64,000 nucleotides of DNA from a virus. Taxonomy: Duplodnaviria; Caudoviricetes. Below, piece after piece: positions 52,063 to 60,446 of the stretch. Numbering within the stretch: position 1 is the stretch's first letter; each line of letters opens with the position of its first letter. The notes beneath the pieces are model-generated. The model searched no databases, was not told where the DNA came from, and was given only the letters and a program-made list of their open reading frames with translations. The stretch lies in IMG/VR virus record IMGVR_UViG_3300033120_000804, positions 1-64,000 of that record; one strand, given 5' to 3'. Position numbers and translations under genes: made by a program.

Positions 52063-53224
52063 CATTATGTTCACTTAGAGACGTTAATTCTAAGCAGTTA
52101 ATTTAATAACATCTGTATCTTTCAATACAGTTCAGACTATATCTTGATCTCATAGAGATCTGTGTATTTCCATTCACTTGAATGTACTCCTTGCTAAAGG
52201 ATAGTCGTTGAACGTTTCCCATTTTAAAGGGACTCCGCTGCTGATTGCCCATTCGACATCTTAATAATTTTCAAACATTCACGCTTACTCTTTGGAGTTA
52301 CGTTGTAGTTTATTAAGCTTTAGGGGTTTCCAGCAATTAACACAATATCAAATATACATCACTGTATATTAGGACGCTATAAGTGTTTTGCTTGCATAAA
52401 ATTGCAAATATTTTTGATATTTTCGGTTAAGATATATATTTGAATCTTTGTAAATCCAATTTAGAAATAAACAAATATCATATCTTGAGAAACAAAGTTC
52501 TGCTACTTTATTTTTATATCTAATTCTTGTTTTTATATTAAATTTTTCTAACAAGAAATCGGATAATTTTTCACAAAATAATGTACTAGAAGTAATTGAA
52601 ATATCTTTTTCACCTAACCAACCATCGCCATCAAAAAAACCTCTTAAATAGTCTTTAAATAGTTCTTCTGGTACTTGTTCAGTTGTTGGTAAATCCAAAT
52701 TAAATGTTTTTCTAGGAATACATCCTAATTCATTTAACCTATCAGATATTCTTTTATTTGAAATTTGCAAACCATATTGATCTGTTCCAGATGTCTTTCT
52801 GCAAAAAGTTAAAGGTTTATCTGGTTGAAGTAAATTATTTAATTTTACTAAAACTTCTTTATCAGATTCTTTTAAAAACATACTAACTTTAGTGTTATTC
52901 ATGTGATTACAACCATCTGCACAAAGAAATCCAAGAAAATAAGCTTTTTCTTCACAATCAATTTTATCAAAGTAGTATTGATTTATATCATACTTTCTAA
53001 AATGATTTTCTTTTCTTTTACCTTTTAATCCCTCTCTATTCAAAAGACATGCTATTGAGCTTATGGACTTACCAAACTTATCTGCAAGTTCTTTGTAAGT
53101 ATACTGATAAGTATTATACATTTCAAATAATTCTTCTTTTTCTTCTTTTGTTAACCTATTTTGTTTCATGTTGTAAATATACAACAAAAACCTATTAATA
53201 TCAAATTAAAACCTTATTTATTTC
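52063..53224 (-). mobile_element. group I intron in the MoxR-like ATPase gene
   Basis: P AATTGCTGGAAA, Q AATCAGCAG, R GTTCAACGACTA and S AAGATATAGTC elements; the AT|G junction gives SGIAMPDKD. Confidence 0.9.
52369..53169 (-). CDS. double-motif LAGLIDADG homing endonuclease
   Basis: YFLGFLCADG and YLRGFFDGDG motifs plus an N-terminal HTH; likely start is the ATG at 53169, after a TATATTTA box. Confidence 0.9.
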   Translation of the reverse strand: MKQNRLTKEEKEELFEMYNTYQYTYKELADKFGKSISSIACLLNREGLKGKRKENHFRKYDINQYYFDKIDCEEKAYFLGFLCADGCNHMNNTKVSMFLKESDKEVLVKLNNLLQPDKPLTFCRKTSGTDQYGLQISNKRISDRLNELGCIPRKTFNLDLPTTEQVPEELFKDYLRGFFDGDGWLGEKDISITSSTLFCEKLSDFLLEKFNIKTRIRYKNKVAELCFSRYDICLFLNWIYKDSNIYLNRKYQKYLQFYASKTLIAS

Positions 53225-53421
53225 ATCGCGATACCACTAATTTCAAAAGGAGACATTTGTGAAGTAATAAACTCAACTAACTTCACACCTTTTTCTTTTG
53301 CAAATTGCTCTATCAATTTAGTTTTTCCTAATCCAGGATTCCCAATAAATAATGGAACAATTGTTTTTCTTAATTCTTCATTTTCATATACTCTTTGAAG
53401 TACGCTTGTTATATTCTTCAT
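53225..53421 (-). CDS. MoxR-like AAA+ ATPase, exon 1
   Basis: Walker A GNPGLGKT and SQMSPFEISG. Confidence 0.82.
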
Positions 53422-53435
53422 TTATTTTATTTATA

Positions 53436-53876
53436 TTAATCTTTATATTCTAATTTATATGGTTTATAAATACTATCCCATAATTTTCTTTTAGCTTTAT
53501 TAAATTGAATTCTTTTATCTTCTATAGATTCCATTAGTACAAATGATTCTTTTAATTTATCTAATGTTAATGGACTAGAATCCCAAATAAGCTTTTTACT
53601 TGTTCTATTTATATAGGCTATTAATCCCTCATCTTTTCTTCTTCTTGGTGTTCTTGGTCTAGGATAATATTCTTTATATAATTTTTGAAACTCAGATCTA
53701 TATTTTTTATGAATTTTTACTGGTATTTGTTTATACAGTGTTTCCCAAGGAAAATAATTAGGATTATTAGTTATAATTTCATCTAATTGATTAGCTAGAT
53801 CTTGTCCAACTGGACTTCCACTAGCTAATACAACAAATACAAATAGTACCTCATTAGGTATATTTTTATAATCCAT
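53436..53876 (-). CDS. hypothetical protein
   Basis: 146-aa ORF. Confidence 0.55.
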   Translation of the reverse strand: MDYKNIPNEVLFVFVVLASGSPVGQDLANQLDEIITNNPNYFPWETLYKQIPVKIHKKYRSEFQKLYKEYYPRPRTPRRRKDEGLIAYINRTSKKLIWDSSPLTLDKLKESFVLMESIEDKRIQFNKAKRKLWDSIYKPYKLEYKD

Positions 53877-54337
53877 TACTTTTTAAGATTATTTCTTATT
53901 TCTTCAATAAATTCTACAATCCATTCATAACCAGCATCTACTCTTTTTCCACTGTATTCATAATAATGACAAAAAGGTAGAGTACTTACTTGTAGTTCTT
54001 TTTTAAATCCAGGAAAAGTATCTAATTTAATAGTAATTGCTTCCTTAATACAATTCTTAAACTCTTCTGAATTCTCTTCTAAAAATCTTTTAGTAGAAAA
54101 TAGATCAAACACTGTTAATTCTCTACCTAATTGTTTAGCTTTATATCCATGTAATTCTTTTAGTCTATTATCTCTAGTAATTAACCAATACCAGTATCCT
54201 TCTATTGATTTAAAATTACCATGATTAGGTATTTCAATTGGAGTGTAAGCAAAATTACTTAAAAATTTTCCTAGATTAGTTTTAGCTTTAGAATAGATAT
54301 TAATATGTGTTACTCCATCTTCTCCTTCTATAATCAT
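53876..54337 (-). CDS. NADAR-like protein
   Basis: LSNF..TP, F.SIEGYW, G..AK.LGR and L.S.LPF.HYY. Confidence 0.55.
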   Translation of the reverse strand: MIIEGEDGVTHINIYSKAKTNLGKFLSNFAYTPIEIPNHGNFKSIEGYWYWLITRDNRLKELHGYKAKQLGRELTVFDLFSTKRFLEENSEEFKNCIKEAITIKLDTFPGFKKELQVSTLPFCHYYEYSGKRVDAGYEWIVEFIEEIRNNLKK

Positions 54338-54612
54338 TTGTCTAGTTTTATTTTAAAGTCAGGTATTTTTATTCTTTCTTTGTTTAACTTTTGAACATTG
54401 TATAAATACTCAGTAATACAATATTTACCAAAAGTTATATAATTAATGAATTTATGATACCATTTATTGTTCTTTACAATAGGTCCATCTGTAACTATTA
54501 AATCAAAGCTATCATTTGATTGTAATAAATCACTTTCAGTAAATACACCTTTATTTAAAGTTATTTTAAAACAACTTTCAGCTAATCCAAATAGTTTTTC
54601 TTTATTTTCCAC
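54334..54612 (-). CDS. hypothetical protein
   Basis: 92-aa ORF. Confidence 0.5.
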   Translation of the reverse strand: MENKEKLFGLAESCFKITLNKGVFTESDLLQSNDSFDLIVTDGPIVKNNKWYHKFINYITFGKYCITEYLYNVQKLNKERIKIPDFKIKLDK

Positions 54613-55738
54613 TTTCTATTAAATAACGATATTGGATAAAACCTTTGAAATTATTACACCAAGCTGCATAAGGATAATAAGTTTCACTTACATTTTCTAA
54701 TTCTGTAAAATAATCATTTCCTTCTTTTGAAATATTTCTTTCTCCCTTAAAAAATCTTCCATATTCTTCATCACTCATAGCTTTAGCGCAATGTTCAAAT
54801 GGTGAATAGTGTCCGTCTTTCAATAGTATATCATGCAGTTTAATATCAGCTTCATAGTCAATTTTAGGATTGTCACCTAAAGTTTGATAGGATAATCTAG
54901 CACACCTGGCAGTAGAAATTTTTAATTTTTGTAAATTCTGCAATTCTTTAACTTGTTCTTTTCCATCTAAAAGTTCATTTGGAACATACATAAACGTCTG
55001 TCCATCTTCTTTAACTTTATGAAAAATTACAGAAGGATCAATGTTATCTCCATAAGGAATATGCCACTCTCCAGGTTGTAATTCTTTTGGTGTACTTTCA
55101 TTATAAGCATCCCACATAGCTTCAGCCAAAGCCATCATATGAATTTCTGATTGACCTTCATTCATTAATAGCCATTTTACAGTACTCCAATCTTCAACGT
55201 TCATATTTTCAGAAACATGAGTACTAGTAAAAGTAGGATTCCAAAATTTATTTACAAAGTCTTTTTTACTTTTATAGTATTTATTTTCTGGTTCAGCATA
55301 GTAAAGAGGGCATCTAATATTAAAGAAATTTTCAAATTCAGTAGAAGTGATTAAAACTTTATGCCACATAAATGGTTCAAGTAACCGATTACAAAGCTGT
55401 TTAGTTACTCTACTATTTAAAAATTTAGCTTGTTTAATAGCTTGAATACCTGCTTCTTTCCAATTATAAATAGCATAATCTATGTCACTTTGGTTAGTTA
55501 AATATTCAGTGCCTTGCATACCTTTATGGTCTTTTTGCCAAGCAATTGGAATAAAAGGATTTTCTTCTACTGATTTTAGCATTTTTTCAAATGGAATAGC
55601 TCTACTTGATGCTGAATTTCTACTAAATAATCTATGTGTATTTAATTCTGCTAAAATAAATCTAGGAAATACAACTTCCATTGTAGTAATTCTATTTCCG
55701 TTACAAATTGAATCAGCTACTATTTTTGCACTAATCAT
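54602..55738 (-). CDS. thyX: flavin-dependent thymidylate synthase
   Basis: AELNTHRLFSRNSASSR, KQ..NRLLEPF, ARCARLSY and H.SPFEH. Confidence 0.9.
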   Translation of the reverse strand: MISAKIVADSICNGNRITTMEVVFPRFILAELNTHRLFSRNSASSRAIPFEKMLKSVEENPFIPIAWQKDHKGMQGTEYLTNQSDIDYAIYNWKEAGIQAIKQAKFLNSRVTKQLCNRLLEPFMWHKVLITSTEFENFFNIRCPLYYAEPENKYYKSKKDFVNKFWNPTFTSTHVSENMNVEDWSTVKWLLMNEGQSEIHMMALAEAMWDAYNESTPKELQPGEWHIPYGDNIDPSVIFHKVKEDGQTFMYVPNELLDGKEQVKELQNLQKLKISTARCARLSYQTLGDNPKIDYEADIKLHDILLKDGHYSPFEHCAKAMSDEEYGRFFKGERNISKEGNDYFTELENVSETYYPYAAWCNNFKGFIQYRYLIESGK

Positions 55739-55740
55739 AT

Positions 55741-55893
55741 TTATTTCTTACGTTTAAATAACACCTTAATAAAATTAGGTATTGTAGTAGGCAATTCTTT
55801 ATTCTGTTTTTGTGCTTCTTCAAATAATTTAAAAAATCCTCTTAAAGTATTTTCATTTTTTAAACTATATGGTTTTTGAAATCCATTTTTCAT
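55741..55893 (-). CDS. small hypothetical protein (50 aa, not in the ORF track)
   Basis: MKNGFQKPYSLKNENTLRGFF...KRKK; fills the intergenic gap exactly. Confidence 0.45.
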   Translation of the reverse strand: MKNGFQKPYSLKNENTLRGFFKLFEEAQKQNKELPTTIPNFIKVLFKRKK

Positions 55894-55895
55894 AA

Positions 55896-56324
55896 TTAAT
55901 CAATAATGTTTAATTGTTTTAATATTTTACTTAATTCACTTTTATTTTTAATATACCCATCAAAGATTTGCACATATTTAATTTCATTATCTACATCAAA
56001 ACCTATTCTTACTCTATAAGATTCTTTATTAAAATAAAGTTGATATTTATCTTTTTGATATTTATCTGTTCTAGTAGTTAGCATTAAAATATATTTAAAT
56101 CTAAATTCTTCAATATTTTCTTGATCTAAGTATTTAACTCTAGTATTATTAGGAATAGTTAACCCTCTTTCTACATAAGTCAAATCATTAATAGAATCAA
56201 CTGTAGCTTTTTGCCATTTTAAATTAGATATATCTTTTACTGTGCCATCATGATTTTTATATTCATATTCAAATCCAATACAAAATTCATTTATTATAGG
56301 TATATAATATTTATTTTCCATCAT
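55896..56324 (-). CDS. hypothetical phage protein
   Basis: KYY.P.I.EF..GFEYE, RVKYLD and F.G.IKNKSEL motifs. Confidence 0.6.
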   Translation of the reverse strand: MMENKYYIPIINEFCIGFEYEYKNHDGTVKDISNLKWQKATVDSINDLTYVERGLTIPNNTRVKYLDQENIEEFRFKYILMLTTRTDKYQKDKYQLYFNKESYRVRIGFDVDNEIKYVQIFDGYIKNKSELSKILKQLNIID

Positions 56325-56667
56325 CTTTTTCCATTAATTTTAATTCTTCTAATGTAGTTTCTATACCTACATGTTTCTGATAATGAGGAGTTTCTTCTCC
56401 TTTTGTAATTTGAAAAGAACTAACTTCATCAAAATAAGCATACAAATAAGTAACTCTATCATAATTAACTGAATAAAGTGGAGGCTCAATTCCTAATCTA
56501 AATAACTCCTCTCTAATAGATCTAGAAAGTTCAATATCCCCATTTACTTTAAATTTCATTGTATTTCTAATAGGTATAGTATTTTTGATATTTTCTTCTA
56601 TATATTCTAAATCTTCTTTCTGTAAAGAGATCAGTAATTTTCTTATTTCTCTATTACTATTTTTCAT
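56311..56667 (-). CDS. hypothetical protein
   Basis: Shares an N-terminal IxKLLxSLQ peptide with its neighbours. Confidence 0.55.
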   Translation of the reverse strand: MKNSNREIRKLLISLQKEDLEYIEENIKNTIPIRNTMKFKVNGDIELSRSIREELFRLGIEPPLYSVNYDRVTYLYAYFDEVSSFQITKGEETPHYQKHVGIETTLEELKLMEKDDGK

Positions 56668-56673
56668 ATTTTA

Positions 56674-57135
56674 CTATTTAATATTATAAAAATCTTTATA
56701 AATATCTAAAAAAGTATCTCCTACAAAAACAGTATGTTCTGTACAACTAAAATAAACACAATGTCCATATAAATTTACAGTATCAGTTATGTATGAGTTA
56801 TACTTAAATTTATCTTCTACTATTTGAAAAGAAGGATAGTATTTTAATATTCGCTTATCTAAAAAATCTAATTCCAAATCTTTATTAAAAAAACTTTCAA
56901 TTTGATTTAACCTTTCTTGTGCACATAATTTTTTAGGATTAATAAAATCTATAAACTCTGACTCATGCCAATATCTTAAACCAGTAACCTTACAAAACTC
57001 TTTGTAATTTTTTACATTCTCCATTACATATTCTATAGTAACATCTTTAAAACCAATTGTTTCTTTTGGAATATCTTCTATTTTTTCATCTTTTTGAGCA
57101 GATTTTAATAATTTAAATATTTCTTTATTTTTCAT
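56674..57135 (-). CDS. paralogue of the DGR target protein (diverged VR)
   Basis: ENVKNYKEFCKVTGL, AQE.L.QIE and KYYP.F shared with 57326..57787. Confidence 0.75.
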   Translation of the reverse strand: MKNKEIFKLLKSAQKDEKIEDIPKETIGFKDVTIEYVMENVKNYKEFCKVTGLRYWHESEFIDFINPKKLCAQERLNQIESFFNKDLELDFLDKRILKYYPSFQIVEDKFKYNSYITDTVNLYGHCVYFSCTEHTVFVGDTFLDIYKDFYNIK

Positions 57136-57242
57136 TAATTTACTTTTTATAAATCTTCTTCAATATTTTAATATTTACCAAAGCTTTTTAGTATCTTGAT
57201 TTTTTGCCAAGAGGCAGGGTTTTCACTTAATTTGTAAGTAAA

Positions 57243-57304
57243 AGGTGACTACGTCATTAGTATAATCATGATTATCATTGTAATCATTGAAGACTAACTC
57301 ACTA
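57243..57304 (-). repeat. DGR template repeat (TR)
   Basis: 62-nt non-coding repeat that differs from the VR only at adenines; followed by CCCTGCCTCTTGGCAAAAAA. Confidence 0.92.
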
Positions 57305-57325
57305 AAAAGTCTAAATGAAAACCTG

Positions 57326-57787
57326 TTAAAGAATATCTTTGTATAAATCTATATATGTTTTTCCTACATAAGTAGCAATCTCTTTAGTCTCAAAGCAGGC
57401 GACCACGCCAAAAGTACAAACAAGAGCAACATAGCAAACATGGAAGACCAACCCACCACTCTTATTTATATTAAAATAAGGATAATATTTATATTGAGAA
57501 TGATTACTCCAATCTTTTTTCCAGTTTTGACCAAAATAATGCTCAATTTGAGCTAACTTCTCTTGTGCAAGTGCTTTAGTTGGATTAGTTTTAGTTAAAA
57601 ATTCTACTGCTAACCATTCTTTTAATCCCGTAACTTTACAGAATGCTTTATAGTCTTTTACATTTTCAATAATATAATTGAAATCAACTTTCTTAATTTC
57701 AGTTTCTTTTTTAATTTCTATTTTCTCATCTTCTTCATCTTCCTGTAGTGATCTAAGTAATTTTTGTATATTATATTTTTCTTTCAT
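57326..57787 (-). CDS. DGR target protein
   Basis: DWS...Q.KYYPYF-[VR]-F...E.A.YVGK.Y.DLY; contains the VR. Confidence 0.85.
   Translation of the reverse strand: MKEKYNIQKLLRSLQEDEEDEKIEIKKETEIKKVDFNYIIENVKDYKAFCKVTGLKEWLAVEFLTKTNPTKALAQEKLAQIEHYFGQNWKKDWSNHSQYKYYPYFNINKSGGLVFHVCYVALVCTFGVVACFETKEIATYVGKTYIDLYKDIL
57397..57458 (-). repeat. DGR variable repeat (VR)
   Basis: Encodes GGLVFHVCYVALVCTFGVVA; 18 mismatches to the TR, all opposite TR adenines. Confidence 0.92.
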
Positions 57788-57920
57788 AATTATTATATTT
57801 ATTTTCTAGGTTCCTAAAATTTGCATGTGAAGTCCATCCATTATAAGAAGCTCTTGATTTTTTATTATTATATTTTTTAATCATTTTAATATAATTTTTC
57901 TTAATTCTTTTTCTTATATT
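57771..57920 (-). pseudogene. DGR reverse transcriptase, C-terminal remnant
   Basis: NIRKRIKKNYIKMIKKYNNKKSRASYNGWTSHANFRNL resembles the SY.GW..H thumb motif. Confidence 0.75.
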
Positions 57921-57922
57921 TG
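57915..57922 (+). promoter_or_regulatory. TAnnTTTG promoter box
   Basis: TATATTTG 4 nt before the ATG at 57927. Confidence 0.55.
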
Positions 57923-57926
57923 TAAT

Positions 57927-58292
57927 ATGGCAAAATATACAGAATATAATTTAAAATACAGAGAAAAAGGCTTAAAGAACGATCCTTTTAGATTTCTATA
58001 TTATAATACAAAAGGTAGTTCTAAAAGACACAATAGAGAATTTAAAATTTCTAAAGATTTTTTGTTAGAACTATATGCAAAACAAAAAGGTAAATGTTAC
58101 TACACAAATAGAATTTTAAAAACTGAATTTGGTTTACAAGATTCTTTTTCTGTGGATAGAAAAGATCCTTCTATAGGATATTTACCAGAGAATACCGTAT
58201 TATGTTGCTGGCAAGTAAATAGAATGAAAAGTAATGCTACTATTGAAGAATTAATTCAATTTGCAAAAGATATATTATTAACCTTAAAATAG
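57927..58292 (+). CDS. free-standing His-Me finger (HNH-like) endonuclease
   Basis: Q.GKCYYT, SVDRKDPSIGY...N.VLCC..VN.MK; the only credible + strand gene in the - strand block. Confidence 0.8.
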   Translation: MAKYTEYNLKYREKGLKNDPFRFLYYNTKGSSKRHNREFKISKDFLLELYAKQKGKCYYTNRILKTEFGLQDSFSVDRKDPSIGYLPENTVLCCWQVNRMKSNATIEELIQFAKDILLTLK

Positions 58293-58401
58293 CTGACTAT
58301 TAATGTGCTCTCAATAGGTTATTCACTTATAGAAATATTCCCTAACACCTCTTCTAATCCAGTAAAGATAGGCTATTAATACTCATTCTTCAAATTCACC
58401 T

Positions 58402-58473
58402 TTAAGAATTATCAGCTAAAATTAAATTATCTAAATCATATATTTGGCGGTATAAATTTCCTATTCTTTTCAA
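58402..58473 (-). pseudogene. DGR reverse transcriptase, N-terminal remnant
   Basis: TTG start, (M)KRIGNLYRQIYDLDNLILADNS*, a typical DGR RT N-terminus with a premature stop. Confidence 0.75.
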
Positions 58474-58482
58474 TTATATATT

Positions 58483-60441
58483 TTAATGTTCCCATAAATC
58501 AGAAACTATTGCATCAGCTTTTAATATCACTCTTTTGCACCAAAAACTACCTGCTAATTCCATTAGTTCTTGTAATTTATTTTTAGCTACTTCAGATAAC
58601 ATTTCATCAGATTCTAATACAATTTCATCATGAACAAGCAAAATAATTTTAATTTGATTAAACAAATAATTTTCTTGTAACCATTCATGAATTAATATTA
58701 TTGCAAGTTTGGTTATAGACCCAGCTGTTCCCTGAATTACATAATTCTGAGCCGCCCTACCCATAGTACCTTCTAGCTTATTAGCTGTCTTATAGTCATT
58801 ATGTAATTTAGCTTCTTGTAGTTTATTATAGTCTTTAAAATAAAATTTTCTTCTAGTGATTTCATCAATAAGTATATAACCTTGTTTAAGACTTTTATCT
58901 CTCTCTTTTGAAAAGAAATCTTTTAGACCAGGAAAAGCTTCAAAATAAGCATTATATACTTCATCTCCTTCTTCTACTGATATGCCTAGATTAGCTGCTA
59001 TAGTATATCCATTGCCTCCATAATCAATTGCAAATCCACTAGCTTTTACTTTTTGACGCAAATCCTTTCTTTTAGATTTAACATCTTTTAACTCTATATC
59101 AGCTAACTCTTTTTTATAGACTAATTTAGCAGTATAAGAATGAATATCTCCTAGATTTTTATCATAAAAAATAAGTAAATCTTTATCTAATGATTTATTT
59201 ACTAGAATGATTTTTTCTTGTCCCGTGTAGTCAGCATTAATTAATTTTTTACCTGGCAATGCATCAAAAGCATATCTAAACTCATGTTTACTCGGAATAT
59301 TTTGGAGGTTGGGTCCACTAGAACTTATACGCCCTGTATTCAGAATTTGCCTGTAATTAGAATGTAATCTATTAGTAATTGGATTTAAATACTTAAAAAA
59401 CTTAATACCAAAAGTAGTTATAGTTTGTTCAAATTCTTTAAACTTAATATATAAAGTTACAAATTCTTTCTTTTTAGAGTCTAATAAAGGGTCTAGAAGC
59501 AATATCCTAACCTCTTTGGCTTCTACTGTATAACTAAGCTTTTTAGTAGTCTTAGAAACAGCCTTAGGGCATATATCAAGATATTTAAAAAATTCTATTA
59601 CTTGTTTAGATGAAGTCCATTGAATATTACATTTTAAATCATCACTAAATAAATCTAATTGAGGATTTATAAATTTTGAATCTCTGTAATTTTCTATAAT
59701 ATAATCGTCTAATTCTTTTTTTAATTTTTGGAATTCAATTAGATTGTTATCATAAGTTTTTATCCATTTATCTTTATTTAAATGAACCCCTGTATATTCA
59801 ATTTCAGCTAATGCAGGTAGAAATCTCATTTCTAATCTGACTACTGGCTCTAAATCTTGTATTTTTAGTTTTTCTAATTGAAAATTCCTAATTAGTAATG
59901 GATGTAAAATATCTTCTGCACCATATTCTATTTGTCTTTGAGTGTAAGGTTTAGACTGTATATTCAAGAATTCTAATCTTGTACTCTTATCTACAGTTTT
60001 ACCTAAATATCTTTTATTTAAAGCTTCTAAACTGTTCTCTAAATCATACCCACAATTTAGTATTTGCTCTACAATCATAGTATCATATAAGTTATTTATA
60101 CGTATTCCATAATTATGTAACAAATGTTTGTATTCAAATTTTAAATTTTGTCCAACTTTAATTTTATTTGGATCTGTAAGTAATGGATACAATAAACTTA
60201 TATCTATATTTCTTACATCAATAATATATTGATTAATCTCGTCTCCTATTTGTAACATAACAATCTTAGAAGTATAAGGATCTAATCCTTCTATATCTAG
60301 ATATTTATTATATTTCCTAGTAGTTTCAATATCAATACTAATTACTTCTTTATATTTTAGATAATCAAAACACTCTTCAATAGAACAATGTTTTACTACA
60401 TCTTGTAATAAAGAAGTTTGGTTTGTAATTAAATAAATCAT
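58483..60441 (-). CDS. polA: family A DNA polymerase with 3'-5' exonuclease
   Basis: DIETT, TGRISS..PNLQNIP, ADYTGQE, RQKVKASGFAIDYG, IQGTA and VHDEI. Confidence 0.95.
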   Translation of the reverse strand: MIYLITNQTSLLQDVVKHCSIEECFDYLKYKEVISIDIETTRKYNKYLDIEGLDPYTSKIVMLQIGDEINQYIIDVRNIDISLLYPLLTDPNKIKVGQNLKFEYKHLLHNYGIRINNLYDTMIVEQILNCGYDLENSLEALNKRYLGKTVDKSTRLEFLNIQSKPYTQRQIEYGAEDILHPLLIRNFQLEKLKIQDLEPVVRLEMRFLPALAEIEYTGVHLNKDKWIKTYDNNLIEFQKLKKELDDYIIENYRDSKFINPQLDLFSDDLKCNIQWTSSKQVIEFFKYLDICPKAVSKTTKKLSYTVEAKEVRILLLDPLLDSKKKEFVTLYIKFKEFEQTITTFGIKFFKYLNPITNRLHSNYRQILNTGRISSSGPNLQNIPSKHEFRYAFDALPGKKLINADYTGQEKIILVNKSLDKDLLIFYDKNLGDIHSYTAKLVYKKELADIELKDVKSKRKDLRQKVKASGFAIDYGGNGYTIAANLGISVEEGDEVYNAYFEAFPGLKDFFSKERDKSLKQGYILIDEITRRKFYFKDYNKLQEAKLHNDYKTANKLEGTMGRAAQNYVIQGTAGSITKLAIILIHEWLQENYLFNQIKIILLVHDEIVLESDEMLSEVAKNKLQELMELAGSFWCKRVILKADAIVSDLWEH

Positions 60442-60446
60442 AATAT

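Noticed and set aside
36946-55757. Short ORFs overlapping replication genes (36946, 37957, 47570, 47640, 47815, 48632, 49991, 50994, 51451, 55482)
   Set aside because: They overlap better-supported genes and show no motifs.
58293-58401. Group I intron interrupting the RT gene
   Set aside because: No P/Q/R/S elements; the RT core is absent rather than interrupted, and the endonuclease is on the opposite strand.
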